Assembly (NCBI GenBank): GCA_964016885.1
Contig: OZ024751.1
Location: forward strand, 10,602,001-10,666,000
Length of the DNA stretch: 64,000 nt
DNA from: Eledone cirrhosa
Lineage: Eukaryota
Direction: 5' to 3'
The position numbers and the translations under genes were made by a program. Positions 40,869-56,326 of this stretch are shown here, in pieces. Below the pieces are notes generated by a model, which saw nothing but the letters and a program-made list of their open reading frames with translations, ran no database searches and was not told the DNA's origin. The first letter of the stretch is position 1, and each line of letters starts with the position of its first letter.

Positions 40869-41652
40869 ATTTGCTAAGCTGTCTAAACGTATTGTTATTA
40901 CTCTGGGGTACTATTCCCATTCGAGTGCTAAAGCTACAGACCGAATTTGCATTCGTTAGCTTGGCCGCGAACTAAAGCTTCGTTAATGCTGTACTAAAAT
41001 TTGTATTTTACTCTTAGAATTAACTATTAACTGATTAATTTAATTAGACGATTCTATTGATTGATTAATTGTTTATGTTTGTTTGATAACTTCTGGTTCA
41101 GTGCTTAATTCGGTTTGTCTAAAGGAATTCATTCCTTTGTCTCAAATTGGAATTCACCGCCAAAGCAGGGGTTACCTCCCTTGGAGAAAACCACGTGTCT
41201 ATAGCGAAATTTAATGCTAGAGCATATCCGCAGATGCTAAAGAACACAAGACTTGCTGAAGAAGGAAATCCTTTGTTCTGTCGTCAAAAACCATTAACTT
41301 GCAGACTCCTGCTAGCGGAATTTGTCGATCTAGGATTTGCAGCAACTTAGCGCTGATGTTGTGTGCTGTATGTGATGTATATCGTGTGCTATACGATATG
41401 CATTATATATTTTGCATTCAGTCTCACCGTTTTGTTCAGGTCAGTCTAAAATCATTTCCCGAGTCCCGTATTTTCGTTGCTCTGGTGATGCGGCTGGACT
41501 GCCGACAGCTATATCTGATTTGCTAAGCTGTCTAAACGTATTGTTATTACTCTGGGGTTCTTTTCCCCATCTGAGTGGTAAAGCTAGAGAACGAATTTGC
41601 ATACGTTAGCTTGGCCGCGAACTAAAGCTTCGTTAATGCTGTACTAAAATTT
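40869..41652 (+). repeat. Partial-tandem element with ~133 bp terminal direct repeats about 650 bp apart
   Basis: atttgctaagctgtctaaacgtattg...gctgtactaaaattt at 40869-41002 and 41518-41652. Confidence 0.75.
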
Positions 41653-41658
41653 ATATAT

Positions 41659-41694
<36 letters not shown>

Positions 41695-41803
41695 CACAGA
41701 AAAAGAGAATCAGTGTTGCGACGAAAGGAATTTATTGGACATTATACATACGTATATATATATATATGTATATATATATATAATGTCCATACATATACAC
41801 ACA

Positions 41804-41935
<132 letters not shown>

Positions 41936-42323
41936 TGTAGATGATTCGCTCTCTTATTTCCTCATGTCGACGTAGATGGTGTTGAGTTGTATAAATTTCT
42001 ATAAAAGAGTATAAAATAGTCTAAGTTATCATATCTTGCCGCCAACCTGTCTTCATATCTTTACATAATGTCTTACCTTTTAGTAGCCAACAAATCTCAC
42101 CACAATGAACCCCCATTGATAAAAAAGGTGTTCATTACAACATCCCACCCCTAGGGAGGTCTGCCTTAGATGGATGGATAAGGGATGGCTTTCTTAGACT
42201 TTTGTATTGTTATGTGGTGAAGGGTTATATATGTGTGAAGGAAACCTACCTCAATGTTATGTATGGATATATTAGTTTTCATTGTACTTGTACAAGGGTT
42301 GGTGTAAAACATGTCTGGCTATG

Positions 42324-42396
<73 letters not shown>

Positions 42397-42443
42397 ACAC
42401 ACATACACACACACACACACACACCACACACATCACACATACA

Positions 42444-42512
<69 letters not shown>

Positions 42513-43317
42513 ACACACATCACACATACACACACACCACACACACACACACACCACACACACACAAAGATATATATATATATGTATGTATATGTATATG
42601 TATATATATATATATATACAGGAAAAAGTATGACCCCGACGGCAGAGCTCAAGCCGTTTCGACGGCTATTTCTGGACGCAGTCGAAACGGTCGAAACGGC
42701 TTGAGCTCTGCCGTCGGGGTCATACTTTTTCCTATTACCCACTCTACTACTCTAAGTATTGAGTACTCTGGTGTGTTATGGTCCACCTGGTTCCTTACCA
42801 CAATCCCTTTGTTATATATATATATATATATATATACGTATATATATATATGAATATATATGTATGTATGTATGTATATATATATACATATATATACATA
42901 TATATATACATTTATATACATATATATACATATATATACATATATATACATATATATACATATATATATATACATATATACACATATATATATACATATA
43001 TACACATATATATACATATATACATACATATATACATATATATATATACATATATACATATATATATATACATATATACATATATATATACATACATACA
43101 TATATATATACATGTTTGTATGTATATATATACATATATATATATATATATTATACATCCATATATATATTTATATATATATATACATACATACATATAT
43201 ATAATTATATATATATACACATACAACCATATATATATTTATATATATATATATACATACATACATATATATATTTATATATATACATACATATATATAT
43301 ATACACATACATACATA

Positions 43318-43389
<72 letters not shown>

Positions 43390-44254
43390 AATGTATGTAT
43401 GTATGTATATATATAAATGTATGTATGTTTATATATAAATGTATGTATGTATGTATGTATATATATAAATGTATGTATGTATATATATAAATGTATGTAT
43501 GTATATATATAAATGTATGTATGTATGTATGTATGTATGTATGTATGTATGTATATATAAATGTATGTATGTATGTATATATATATAAATGTATGTATGT
43601 ATATATATAAATGTATGTATGTATGTATATAAATGTATGTATGTATGTATATATAAATATATAAATGTATGTATGTATATATAAATATATATATGTATGT
43701 ATGTATATATATATATATAAATATATATATGGTTGTATGTATATATATATAAATATATATATGTATGTATGTATATATATATATAAATATATATATGTAT
43801 GTATATATGTATATATATGTATATAGATATATATATGTATATATATGTATATAAATGTATATATATGTATATAAATGTATATATATGTATATATATGTAT
43901 ATATATATGTATAAATATGTATATATATATAAAGCTGACGGCCGTATGTATTTAACAAACGTTTCGCCAAACAGCTGGACCAAATTTGCACCATAGATGT
44001 AACTTTTTCCAAGTAAGAAAGTAAGGGTATCTTAGTCTTTTAAATTTCGTTAAAAGATGAAAGATATTTTATCATTTATTTAAATATTCACTTCTTTAAC
44101 ATTTTCAAATGTCAACAAGGTTATACGACATTCCTCACTCTTTCTTAGTCTGTCTTTTTAGATAGATACATAGCGATAACGTTGCGCCCTTATAAAATGT
44201 CCCTTCACGAACCAAGGTATAGTCTTCCTGTTTTCTTTCGGTTCATCAAATGTT

Positions 44255-44820
44255 CATCAAATGAACACTGGCGAGACCTTCAAGATAGTAAAGAATCATC
44301 TGTACTCTACCAACATGCCAAAATAGAACATAAGTGTAAATTAGAGAACATAGAAATAAAAATAGAATCTACACACAGAAAAGACGCAATGTTTAGACAA
44401 ATCACAGAGGCAATAAACATAAAAGAATTACAACCAAAATTAAATAGAAAACATGAGTGGAACAGCAACATCACAACTTACAATTAAGGACAAAATGAAA
44501 ACACACACGAACATAGAACAAACAACCAACCCGTAACATGTAAATAAACAAATAAATAAACGAATATAAACACACACAGACACCCGGATGTGGCGCATGC
44601 GCAGACTGAGCACACAACACACACACACAGAAACAAGATGGCGTAAGACAGAACAAAGGAGAGGCACAAAAACAAAGAAAAGAATCCCCATTCACTGAAG
44701 AGGTCACAGAATGTTTGACGAAAAAACTTTGACAATATATAAACAATCATCTGGTTGTGGAACCAACCAACCAACCGGAAATTTATAAATTCCTAAATTT
44801 ATAAATTTATTATAATAAAT
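44255..44820 (+). mobile_element. PLE 3' fragment: GIY-YIG C-terminus and HHR-like motif (44692-44732)
   Basis: EHWRD..SVLYQHAKIEH..RQITEAINIKELQPKLNRKHEW, then CUGAAGA-G-GUCA..UGAC-GAAA. Confidence 0.7.
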
Positions 44821-44959
44821 TGAAGTGAAAGCAACTGGTGCGTGTGTTTCTTATTGGCAACATGACCCTCCCAAAGTATAACAATATCGGTTTCAACACA
44901 CGTTTTCAGATAAAGAATCTTGCTAAACAAATTCAGAAACGAAATAAATATATATATTT

Positions 44960-45154
<195 letters not shown>

Positions 45155-45213
45155 CATATATATATATATTTATACATATATATATATATATTTATACATA
45201 TATATATTTATAC

Positions 45214-45284
<71 letters not shown>

Positions 45285-45320
45285 CATATATATATATATA
45301 TACATATATATATGTGTATA

Positions 45321-45987
45321 TCTCACTGAGTACTAAGTCCCCATAGAGAAATATAGGGTGTCTATAACATAATTGTTGTTATATGGTACTAATTCGAGAT
45401 ACCAGAACTATACAAATTGATGAGCAGAACAAACAAACATTAAACAATCCTTTAAATAAATTAAAAAATGATTTAAATATCTCCCTGTTCATAATGCTAT
45501 TACCGGCGGTTTCCATTTACAAAAGATTAGAAATTCGGAGAATTTCCAACGGAAAGTAAATTTCATCAGATAGCTATTTCCTCCTATAGGACTTAAGTCG
45601 CACGGTCTGCAAATATAATGCCAACTACCAGCTCGTATGAGTTATGGCCGCTAAAGTGATCCACACGTGAACCGGCCGCTAGTGAAAGCGGGAATATTAC
45701 AGACGTGTTGATGGCTTTGCTGCTAAAAAAATAGCAGTAAGCAACAACGAATTTTTTCTCTACATAGATTGGAGAATATATAAAAATGAGGTAAATATCT
45801 CACTGAGTTCTAAGTACCCATAGAGATATATAGGGTGTCCATAATATAATTGTTGTTATATGGTACTAATTCGAGATACCAGAACTATACAAATTGATGA
45901 GCAGAACAAACAAACATTAAACAATCCTTTAAATAAATTAAAAAATGATTTAAATATCTACCTGTTCATAATGCTATTACCGGCGGG
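45321..45987 (-). mobile_element. Family A partial tandem (477 bp period, about 1.4 units) with an HHR at 45496-45574
   Basis: tctcactgag at 45321 and 45798. The minus strand reads GCUAU-CUGAUGA-A-AUUUAC..GUAAAU-G-GAAA-CCG-C-CGG-UA-AUAGC. Confidence 0.8.
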
Positions 45988-46001
45988 GTCCTACTAGTTC
46001 C

Positions 46002-46112
<111 letters not shown>

Positions 46113-46127
46113 GTATATATATATATG

Positions 46128-46172
<45 letters not shown>

Positions 46173-46173
46173 G

Positions 46174-46206
<33 letters not shown>

Positions 46207-46235
46207 GTATATATATATGTATATATATATATATG

Positions 46236-46266
<31 letters not shown>

Positions 46267-46375
46267 GTATATATATGTATATATATATATATGTATATAT
46301 ATATGTATATATATATGTATGTATATATATATGTATATATATATGTATATATATATATATGTATATATATATATG

Positions 46376-46456
<81 letters not shown>

Positions 46457-46483
46457 GTATATATATGTATATATATACATATG

Positions 46484-46517
<34 letters not shown>

Positions 46518-46909
46518 TGTATATATATGTATATATATGTATATATATATATGTATATATATGTATGTATATATATGTATATATATGTATATATATATAT
46601 ATGTAGATCAGAGCAAACAGCATATATACATACATATATATATGTATATATATGTATGTATATATATGTATATATATGTATATATATATATATATATGTA
46701 GATCAGAGCAAACAGCACGGACACTCTATCTCAAAATTATTTTTGAAAAGCATTTAGAAATGCGCAACCGGTAAAAACTTAAAAAACTTAAAACCACAAC
46801 TGAATACTAACCCATACAATCACTAATACTCTTTTATTCCTAATTAAACCATTTTTCAACTGTGAACAATTTGTCAGCATTTTCTATTCCGTTTACCAAT
46901 ATATATATG

Positions 46910-46960
<51 letters not shown>

Positions 46961-47388
46961 GTATATGTATATATATGTATATATATATGTATATATATGT
47001 ATATATATATATGTATATATATGTATATATATATATATATATGTATGTATATATATGTATATATATATATATATGTATATATATGTATATATATATATAT
47101 GTATATATATGTATATATATATATATATGTGAAGGCGTGTGGCTGAGTGGTTAGAGAATTGGATTCGCAATCATAAGGTTGTGAGTTCGATTCCTGGACC
47201 AGGCGATGCGTTATGTCCTTGGGCAAGACACTTTATTTCACGTTGCTCCTTCTACCTGGAGTTGCGACCGATAGATAGTATTAGCAATTGGAAAGACCAA
47301 CGGAAACATTGTTCCCTCGGTCCGATTTGACGAAAGTCGATCGTTCCTATAATATATATATGTATATATATGTATATATATATATATG

Positions 47389-47464
<76 letters not shown>

Positions 47465-47468
47465 AGAG

Positions 47469-47563
<95 letters not shown>

Positions 47564-47597
47564 AAGAGTAAAAGAGTATATATATATATATATATAT

Positions 47598-50158
47598 ACT
47601 CTTCTACTTATTTCAGCCATCCGGCTGAGGCCATGCCGGGGCACCGCCCTTATTGCTACACATTTTATCTCCAGCCTTTATAGGTTGGCCACTGGTGTAA
47701 GAGGGAGTTTGTTGCTGCTGCCCTTAGGTTTCCCTCGTGTCTTGCTGTGGGTTCATCCGGGATCCTGGATAACAAGGTGTCGATATGTTTCTTGAAGACA
47801 TCCACCTCCACGTCATGCAAATCTCCCAGATCCCTCGGCAGCCTGTTGAAGAGTTGAGGGCCCTTGAATCCCAGGCTATTGCAATACCTGCCTTATTCTA
47901 GATGTGGAAGACGCGACCTTTGGCACCACACAGTGACGTCCTGTTCGACGGTTGGTCCAGCTCCCAATGCCAGAGTTTGGTGCTAGTCCCAGGATTTTCC
48001 ACATGTAGATCACTGCGTATCTCTCCCGTCTTCGTTCCAAGGAGTAGAGGTTCAGTTCCTTTAGCCTCTCCCAGTAGCTTGTCTCCCTTATCTTGGCAAT
48101 CCTCTTGGTGTAGCTTCGCTGGATTGCCTCAAGCTCCGTGGTTAGTTTGACACTATGGGGTGACCACAACTGGGAGCAGTAGTCCAGGCAGCTTAGTACA
48201 AATGTCCTCCATAGTGTCAACATGGTGTCTCGATCTCTTGTCCGGAAAGTCCTCAAGATCCAGCCAGCGAGTCGTCTGCACATTGTCGCCACTTTCATGA
48301 TGTGTGAAGAAAAAGATGCATCATCGCTCATGTCTATGCCCAGGTCTCGTATTGATTTTGACACGGGGATATCGGTCCCTCCTGGTCCTGTTTAGTTGTG
48401 TTGTACTATATTTGTGTTTGCAGGTTTGTTTGGAGGTTTGTATTGTAGGGCTTGGAATCTGCCAGCATTAAACTGCATGTTGTTTTCTTCCGCCCATTTG
48501 TATATGGCATCCAGAACCTGCTGTAAAAGGGCAGCGTCAGCCGGGTTTTTTTTGTCTGTGCTACCTTAGTGTCATCAGCATAGCTAGTGAGGGATGTTGT
48601 TGTATGTACTACAGAGGGCATGTCTGAGAGAGCCACCAAAAACAGTAGTGGTCCCAGGACTGTCCCCTAGGGCACCCCACTTGTTATTGGTGTTTCCTTT
48701 GAAAGGGCCCCATTTGCTGCGACTGCCTGGCTTCTGTCCTTTAGGAAGTCATGCAGCCACTCACCTACTTTTCCAGTTATGCCGAGTCCGTTTAGTTTGT
48801 GACATATCATTCCGTGTTCGACCTTCGCAAAGTCAAGATATACCACGTCCACATGTGAGCTGTCTACTAGTTGTTTCAGTACCCAGTCGTAGTGATGTAG
48901 CAGCTGTGTAAGGCAGCTTCTTCCTGGGCGGAAGCCATGTTGCGTGCTAGTCAGGCGGTCATTTTCCTCGAGGAAAGTGATCAGTTTCTTTCTGACGACT
49001 CGCCCCATGACCTTACTGATATGCGACGTCAGGGAGACTGGCCTATAGTTTTTGGCCTCCGCGCTGCTACCTCCTTTATGGATAGGGCATATTGTGCCTT
49101 CTTTCAGCTCCCTGGGTAGTACACCGCTAGCCAAGGAGCTTCTGAAGAGCATCTTCAGTGGAGTTGCTAAGTCCCGCTTACATATTTTTAAGAGAACTGC
49201 TGGGAATCCATCAGGTCCAGCAAGGAGCTTCTGAAGAGCATCTTCAGTGGAGTTGCTAAGTCCCGCTTACATATTTTTAAGAGAACTGCTGGGAATCCAT
49301 CAGGTCCAGCAGCCGAGTCTGTTCTAATTTCATCAATGGGGTACACCACATCCTCCTCCGTTATGTCTATGTGGTTGATGGTTGCCATTTCTTCATGTAG
49401 TGTTGTGACATCAAAGAACTCCTCTGGCTTCGTTATTTGCATGTGCCTCAGTGGACATGTGAACACACTTTTGTACTGTTCGTTCAGTATTTCACATATC
49501 TCTTGGGGGTTTTCGGTTAATGAACCGTCCGTATGGAAGAGTGGCCCAATCTTGCAGTGTACTGAGGCAGTTTCTTTTGCAAATTTAAAGAAGGCCTTAC
49601 GGTTTGTTTTAATGTTTTCTATGGCCCTATTCTCTTTCTTTGCCCTCTCATTCTCATGGGAAAGTTTGAGTGCAATCTCGGTGCCAAGTAATGCACATTT
49701 CCAATAGGATTCCTTCTTGTTTTTGTTTTGTTGACTATTCAACTGGTTTGAGAGTTTGGTTCTACGTCTCATAAGGATTTTCCTTGGGAATAAGATTTTT
49801 GTGTCTGTTTGCCTTTTTCACCGGGACAAACATTTTGCATATAGTGTGTATCGTTGTCATGAAGTGTTGAAATTGTGTGTTAGTGTCTTGTGTGGCGGTG
49901 TTTTCACTCCATGTTTGCTTCCGGATTTCTCTTTTAATCTTTTTCCAGTTAGACTTGTAGAAGTTAAGGCTGGATAACGTCCCGGAGCTTCTTGGTGGTT
50001 TTGTCTCTGTTGGTTCTCTTGGACCACATATCATTAGCTCTACTAAGTTATGATCCGAGAGAATTGTTGGTGTCACCTTTACATTGTGGATGAGCACTTC
50101 GTTGTTTGTAAAACAGAGGTCCAGGAGATTTTCGCCTCTTGTTGGGAGGAGTATTGCT
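47598..50158 (-). mobile_element. CR1/L2-type LINE, longer copy of the 3566-5110 family
   Basis: LSDHNLV (end of the APE domain), SAAGPDGFP, NYRPVSLTS, QHGFR, YADDTK and YSLERRRER. Frameshifted. Confidence 0.9.
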
Positions 50159-50200
50159 TATATATATGTATATATATATATATACATATATCTATATATC

Positions 50201-50247
<47 letters not shown>

Positions 50248-50260
50248 GTATATATATATG

Positions 50261-50291
<31 letters not shown>

Positions 50292-50306
50292 GTATATATA
50301 TGTATG

Positions 50307-50380
<74 letters not shown>

Positions 50381-50440
50381 AGTATATATGTATATATATA
50401 TATGTATGTGTATATATATATATATGTATATATATATATG

Positions 50441-50489
<49 letters not shown>

Positions 50490-50586
50490 GTATATATATA
50501 TATGTATATATATATATATGTATATATATATATGTATATATATATATGTATATATATATGTATATATGTATATATATGTATATATG

Positions 50587-50619
<33 letters not shown>

Positions 50620-50636
50620 GTATCTATATCTATATA

Positions 50637-50687
<51 letters not shown>

Positions 50688-50806
50688 ACATATGTATATA
50701 TGTATATATATATGTGTATATGTATATATATATATGTGTATATATGTATATATATATATATATGTATATATATGTATATATGTATATATATATATATGTA
50801 TATATG

Positions 50807-50853
<47 letters not shown>

Positions 50854-51176
50854 GTATATATATATGTATGTATATATGTATATATATGTATATATGTATA
50901 TATATGTATATATATATGCATATATATACATATATACATATATATATATATATGCATATATATATATATGTATATATATATATATGATTATATATGTATA
51001 TATATATGTATATATATATAAATGTATATATATATGTATATATTTATATATGTATATATATATATATATTTATATATGTATATATATATATATATTTATA
51101 TATGTATATATATGTATATATTTATATATGTATATATATATGTATATATTTATATATGTATATATATATATATTTA

Positions 51177-51207
<31 letters not shown>

Positions 51208-51214
51208 ATGTATA

Positions 51215-51490
51215 TGTAAGTATGCATGTATACGTACATACATATATGTATACAGACGTACAGTAGCATGCACATATATATATATACATATACATATACA
51301 TATGCATACAGGTACACATACATATATGCACGTATCAGTTTAGCGGCGCTTATTATAACGTCGCTTTGTTCGTTTGTAAACAAACTGAACAGCCTGAATT
51401 TATGCCATACGGTGTTAAGGCAACCACGTCACCTTTTTTGTTCAACACTGACACAGGAACGATGTACTAGTTTCAAGCTTGTTAGCTATC

Positions 51491-51530
<40 letters not shown>

Positions 51531-51980
51531 ATATATGTGCATGCTACTGTACGTCTGTATACATATATGTATGTACGTATACATGCATACTTACATTTAA
51601 GTAAGTGCCATTCTAAGAGTGAGAAATGAAATTTCGTTTTCATTTTGTTTCAATTTATCGTTTTCGGTATGCCTGACCGATTTAACTCACTCAATATGCA
51701 AATTAGGCTGCTCAGCCGTTAATTTTCATAAGGAAAGTATATACTTTCGAACGTTCAACTATCTGGCAGATGGGTAAACGGTGCTGATGATAGCTAACAA
51801 GCTTGAAACTAGTACATCGTTCCTGTGTCAGTGTTGAACAAAAAAGGTGACGTGGTTGCCTTAACACCGTATGGCATAAATTCAGGCTGTTCAGTTTGTT
51901 TACAAACGAACAAAGCGACGTTATAATAAGCGCCGCTAAACTGATACGTGCATATATGTATGTGTACCTGTATGCATATG

Positions 51981-52011
<31 letters not shown>

Positions 52012-52133
52012 ATGTGCATGCTACTGTACGTCTGTATACATATATGTATGTACGTATACATGCATACTTACATTTAAGTAAGTGCCATACTAAGAGTGAG
52101 AAATGAAATTTAGTTTTCATTTTGTTTCAATTT
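51215..52133. mobile_element. Dispersed copy of the 472-bp HHR family: inverted partial arm plus about 1.3 sense units
   Basis: 51215-51492 is antisense and stops inside the HHR. 51530-52133 is sense, with CTGATGA at 51784. Confidence 0.85.
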
Positions 52134-52235
52134 TTATATGTATATATATACGCATATATATATTTGGGTTTGAGTACACAAATAAATATAAATGTGCACG
52201 GACACTCACAAATATATATATATGTATGTATATAT

Positions 52236-52300
<65 letters not shown>

Positions 52301-52959
52301 TACATACATATATACGCACGCTTTCTCACATATATACACATAAATACACAGTGAGCTGACATAAACATACATTTGTTGACTAGAGACGCTGTGACAGGGT
52401 GAAAGATTACATACGTCTACTTGAAACCAATCAAACACAATAGTTAGAGCAATAATGAGTGGGATACGAAACAACACTTGAGATAGTGGGTGTCACCTGG
52501 GTGATAATGTTGAGTGTTATTCTATTCTCAGAATTACTCCCCTTTGTTTTTCACATGGTGGTGGCGCTGTCTTCAGGGTCATTTGTCAGATACAAGGGTA
52601 GTCTAGATTAATGTCCATTGTGAATGCGGCGATATTGACAAGACAGCCAGGAGCATGGCGTGAGAAATTTTAACACATGTGATGACCATGACAGAGGCGT
52701 TCTTTTATGTATACTATCAGCCTCCCGGTCTTCGCTCTGGTCTGTACTTTGCTCAAATGTATTCATAAGGCCCCTATTGTCATCTGTCGTTTCCCTTAGA
52801 ATAAAATATGTTAAAAGGTATCTAAATACTGCACAAAATAATTAAAAACATCTTTTTAGAATATCTAAACAGAGCAAGTAATAAAGAAAATAATAAAAAA
52901 ATAAATTCTACGAAAATTCTGAAACATTTACAGAACTTTTTAACATTTACAACGTTTTT

Positions 52960-53620
52960 AACATTTCCTATGGAGCATATATGAAGAGTTTGTGGAGTCT
53001 TCTTAGTCTGGAATAACCTACATACAATTGGCCATTTGAGAAACATCCCTCTTCTAGATGGAGATCGACAATCTGCAGTGTTTGACCTTGGGAGTTGATG
53101 ATAGTTATTGCACAACTGACGCTCAATGGGAGTGGAAGCGTTTGAAACGAAAGAGGACATCTGTTGGTATTAGCGGCATTCTAGGTATAAATGCGATCTA
53201 TCCTTTACCATATCCAGTGATGATTTTGGCTTCGATTATGTGAGGTAGTAGTTCAGTCACAACCATACGCGTCCCATTGCACATTCTTGGCTGATCCAAG
53301 TTTTTGAGAAGCACGGTGACTGCCTTTCTTCAATTCAAGGTTGTTTTGCAGCATACCAGACAGTTCTAGACCGAGAGAAAGTCAACAGGACAATGATCAA
53401 CATCCTTGTCGATAGGTTTATTGATGCGACAGAGATCATTTTTGAGAGATTTTGTTGATGGCACTCACTGTGATGTTCAGTGGGTAAGGATTGCTTTTTC
53501 ACACAGCCAATCTTCGTTGGAATGGTGAACACTTAATCAATGAAGTTTATAACGCTTTCTACAACATTACATAATGATGAAGGATCAAAGCATCCTCCAG
53601 TATCAAGGGATTGCTTTTCT
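52960..53620 (-). pseudogene. Helitron PIF1-like helicase C-terminal remnant
   Basis: Hand translation gives LLKNLDQPRMCNGTRMVV..IIEAKIITG..FIPRMPLIP..FKR..ITIINSQGQTL..CFSNGQLYVGYSR, with stops and frameshifts. Confidence 0.85.
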
Positions 53621-54006
53621 ATAAATTTAAACGGCTGAGAAGCGCTTATCTGTGAACAGCTGATCGCTATGTGCATAGTAAAAAGTCGGGTTAAATGTAT
53701 TCACATATTGAGCCGAAGAACGGAGAGAGGGAAAGACTGGAAGAAAGAGAGTCTAAAGCATGAGATGGGTATCTATCTATCTATATATATTTGTCTGACC
53801 CGTTTAGCTTGACTCATTTTTTTGGCTTAGGTGGTTAATTGCTTCTTGACCGCCTTCTCAGTTTGTATTGCCTTTATAACCCATGTTTATTGCTCTGGTC
53901 TCTTTAGCCCATGGAGCGCTTGCTGGCATGATTCGGAATGTGCGTTGCGTTTCGCTTTTTCTACCCGCCGAAATGCGATTCTCGCTGAATTTATATTTAT
54001 ATATAT

Positions 54007-54042
<36 letters not shown>

Positions 54043-54088
54043 ACGGCGATGAATATATGTATATATATATATATATAACGGCGATGAA

Positions 54089-54147
<59 letters not shown>

Positions 54148-54794
54148 CGACGATGAATATATATATACAATATGATATAATATAATAAATACAATATCAG
54201 CACATATGCAATATGATATAATATGATATAATAAATAGAATATCAACACAATGCAATATAATATCGTATAATATTGTATAATATCAGTGTGAAAATATAT
54301 GAGCTGATATATATGAATATTATGATAAGTTTACGATCTCAGAAAATGGCTGCCTTCTTTACATTCTCTCTAAGCTTGGTTAACTTTTCCAAACAATCAG
54401 ACGATTGAAAGTTGCTCCAATACTTACTGAAAGGAACTAGTCATTTATGTTCAGTGCCACAAATCATTTGGTTGCCAACGTGGAGTGAATTTTATAAAGA
54501 AGTCGTTTCTTGATTGACTAAACTAAGAATAAAAGAAACGATTAAGAATTTCCCCTGTGTCACAAAAGTCCGAACTTTACGTTTGACACATACAAACAGA
54601 ATTGTCAGCAACGGTTTTTGAGAGATCGTAATAAATACCAGAACCGGATTCATTTGGTTTCCATGGTGGGGAGTCTTTCTGCTCGCTCTTGTTGATTACT
54701 TCTTCCTTATATATATATGACACGTGTTTTAATGAGTTTTCGCAGTTGGAAATAAATGAACTAAGAGGAATAAAGATGTAGAAACAATAACAAC

Positions 54795-54874
<80 letters not shown>

Positions 54875-54979
54875 ACACACATATACACACGCATACATAT
54901 GCATACACATACATATGCATACACACATACATATATACACACGCATACACATTCACACACATATACACACGTATGCACA

Positions 54980-55013
<34 letters not shown>

Positions 55014-55116
55014 TATATATATATATATATATAAAACATGAGAAGAAAGAAGAATACTGCGTGGTTGCACATGGGTTACATATGATAAAAATAGTCCTTC
55101 GTCAGTGATTTTCCAA

Positions 55117-55148
<32 letters not shown>

Positions 55149-55454
55149 CACGCATAAACACACATACTCGCATAAATGTATATATGCACACGCATACACA
55201 CACATGCACACATAAATGCATATATACACACGCATTCACACACATACATACATAAATGTATATATACGCACACGCATACATACGCATACACACATAAATG
55301 CATATATACACACGCATTCACACACATACATACATAAATGTATATATACGCACACGCATACATACGCATACACACATAAATATATATATAGACACGCATA
55401 CACACGCATTCACATAAATGTATATATAGACATGTAGCCCTCTCTCTCTCAAGC

Positions 55455-55948
55455 TTCACTGATGATTTCTTTTGAATGGACTAAAACTCTTCCATTTGGG
55501 CGAGCCATGCTTCTCCCATGGCCAACTTTATGTTGCCTGTTCCCGCGTAGGGAGCAGGAATGGACTTTTTGCTTACACTCCTCAAGGGATGACGCGCAAT
55601 ATCGTCTACAAAGAGGTGCTATAGATGTTGGTGCAGGTGTTGAAGGTGTTGGAACTATGCAGTCTGGAAAACTATTTCCTGGTAGGGTCACCTATGGCGG
55701 ACAGATCTGCCACCCAGCGGCATCAGGGCCACCATCTTGCAACTTTGGTCTGCTAAATTCGCTATTGGAAGATTATTAACCCATCATTGATTGTCCAAAA
55801 TGCTAATTGGTTCGTAACTTTTAATAACTGGTTCAACTGCTTTATGCACTTAATTGATAAGCTTATTCGCTTTCAAGCCACGTTTACCTGTATGTAACTT
55901 TTCATAGCAAATGAACAAACCCGAGCAACGCCGGGCTAAACTACTAGT
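55455..55948 (+). mobile_element. Helitron 3' terminus (5' boundary uncertain)
   Basis: Hairpin cccgagcaacgccggg at 55920-55935, then CTAG|T at 55944-55948. Confidence 0.65.
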
Positions 55949-56326
55949 ATATATATAAATATATTTGTTTTGCAAGGTTTTTGATATGAAATCGTGTGTC
56001 GAAACAACTCGAAACAAATATTTGGTTTTAATATTTCAACCTGACTAATTAACACAGTAATTTCCACATGTGCTACATATATTTTATATATATTATTTCA
56101 CTGTTTATATGTGATATCTTTACATAATACACTAACCACTTCTCTGTACCTACCACTGCTTCTTATGAACATTTCCTACCACTTAATTAACAAACTTTAT
56201 TCCATCTATATAAAGAGAACCAATAACTACGTTCTAAATAAATAAACAGAACATAAACTCATTAACTACGATCTATTAGATAATAAAATGTATTTTACTT
56301 GAAGCATTGTATCTAATATATAATGA

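Noticed and set aside
54577-54760. Possible minus-strand exon (EEVINKSEQKDSPPWKPNESGSG...)
   Set aside because: Short, with no recognisable domain and unconvincing splice signals.
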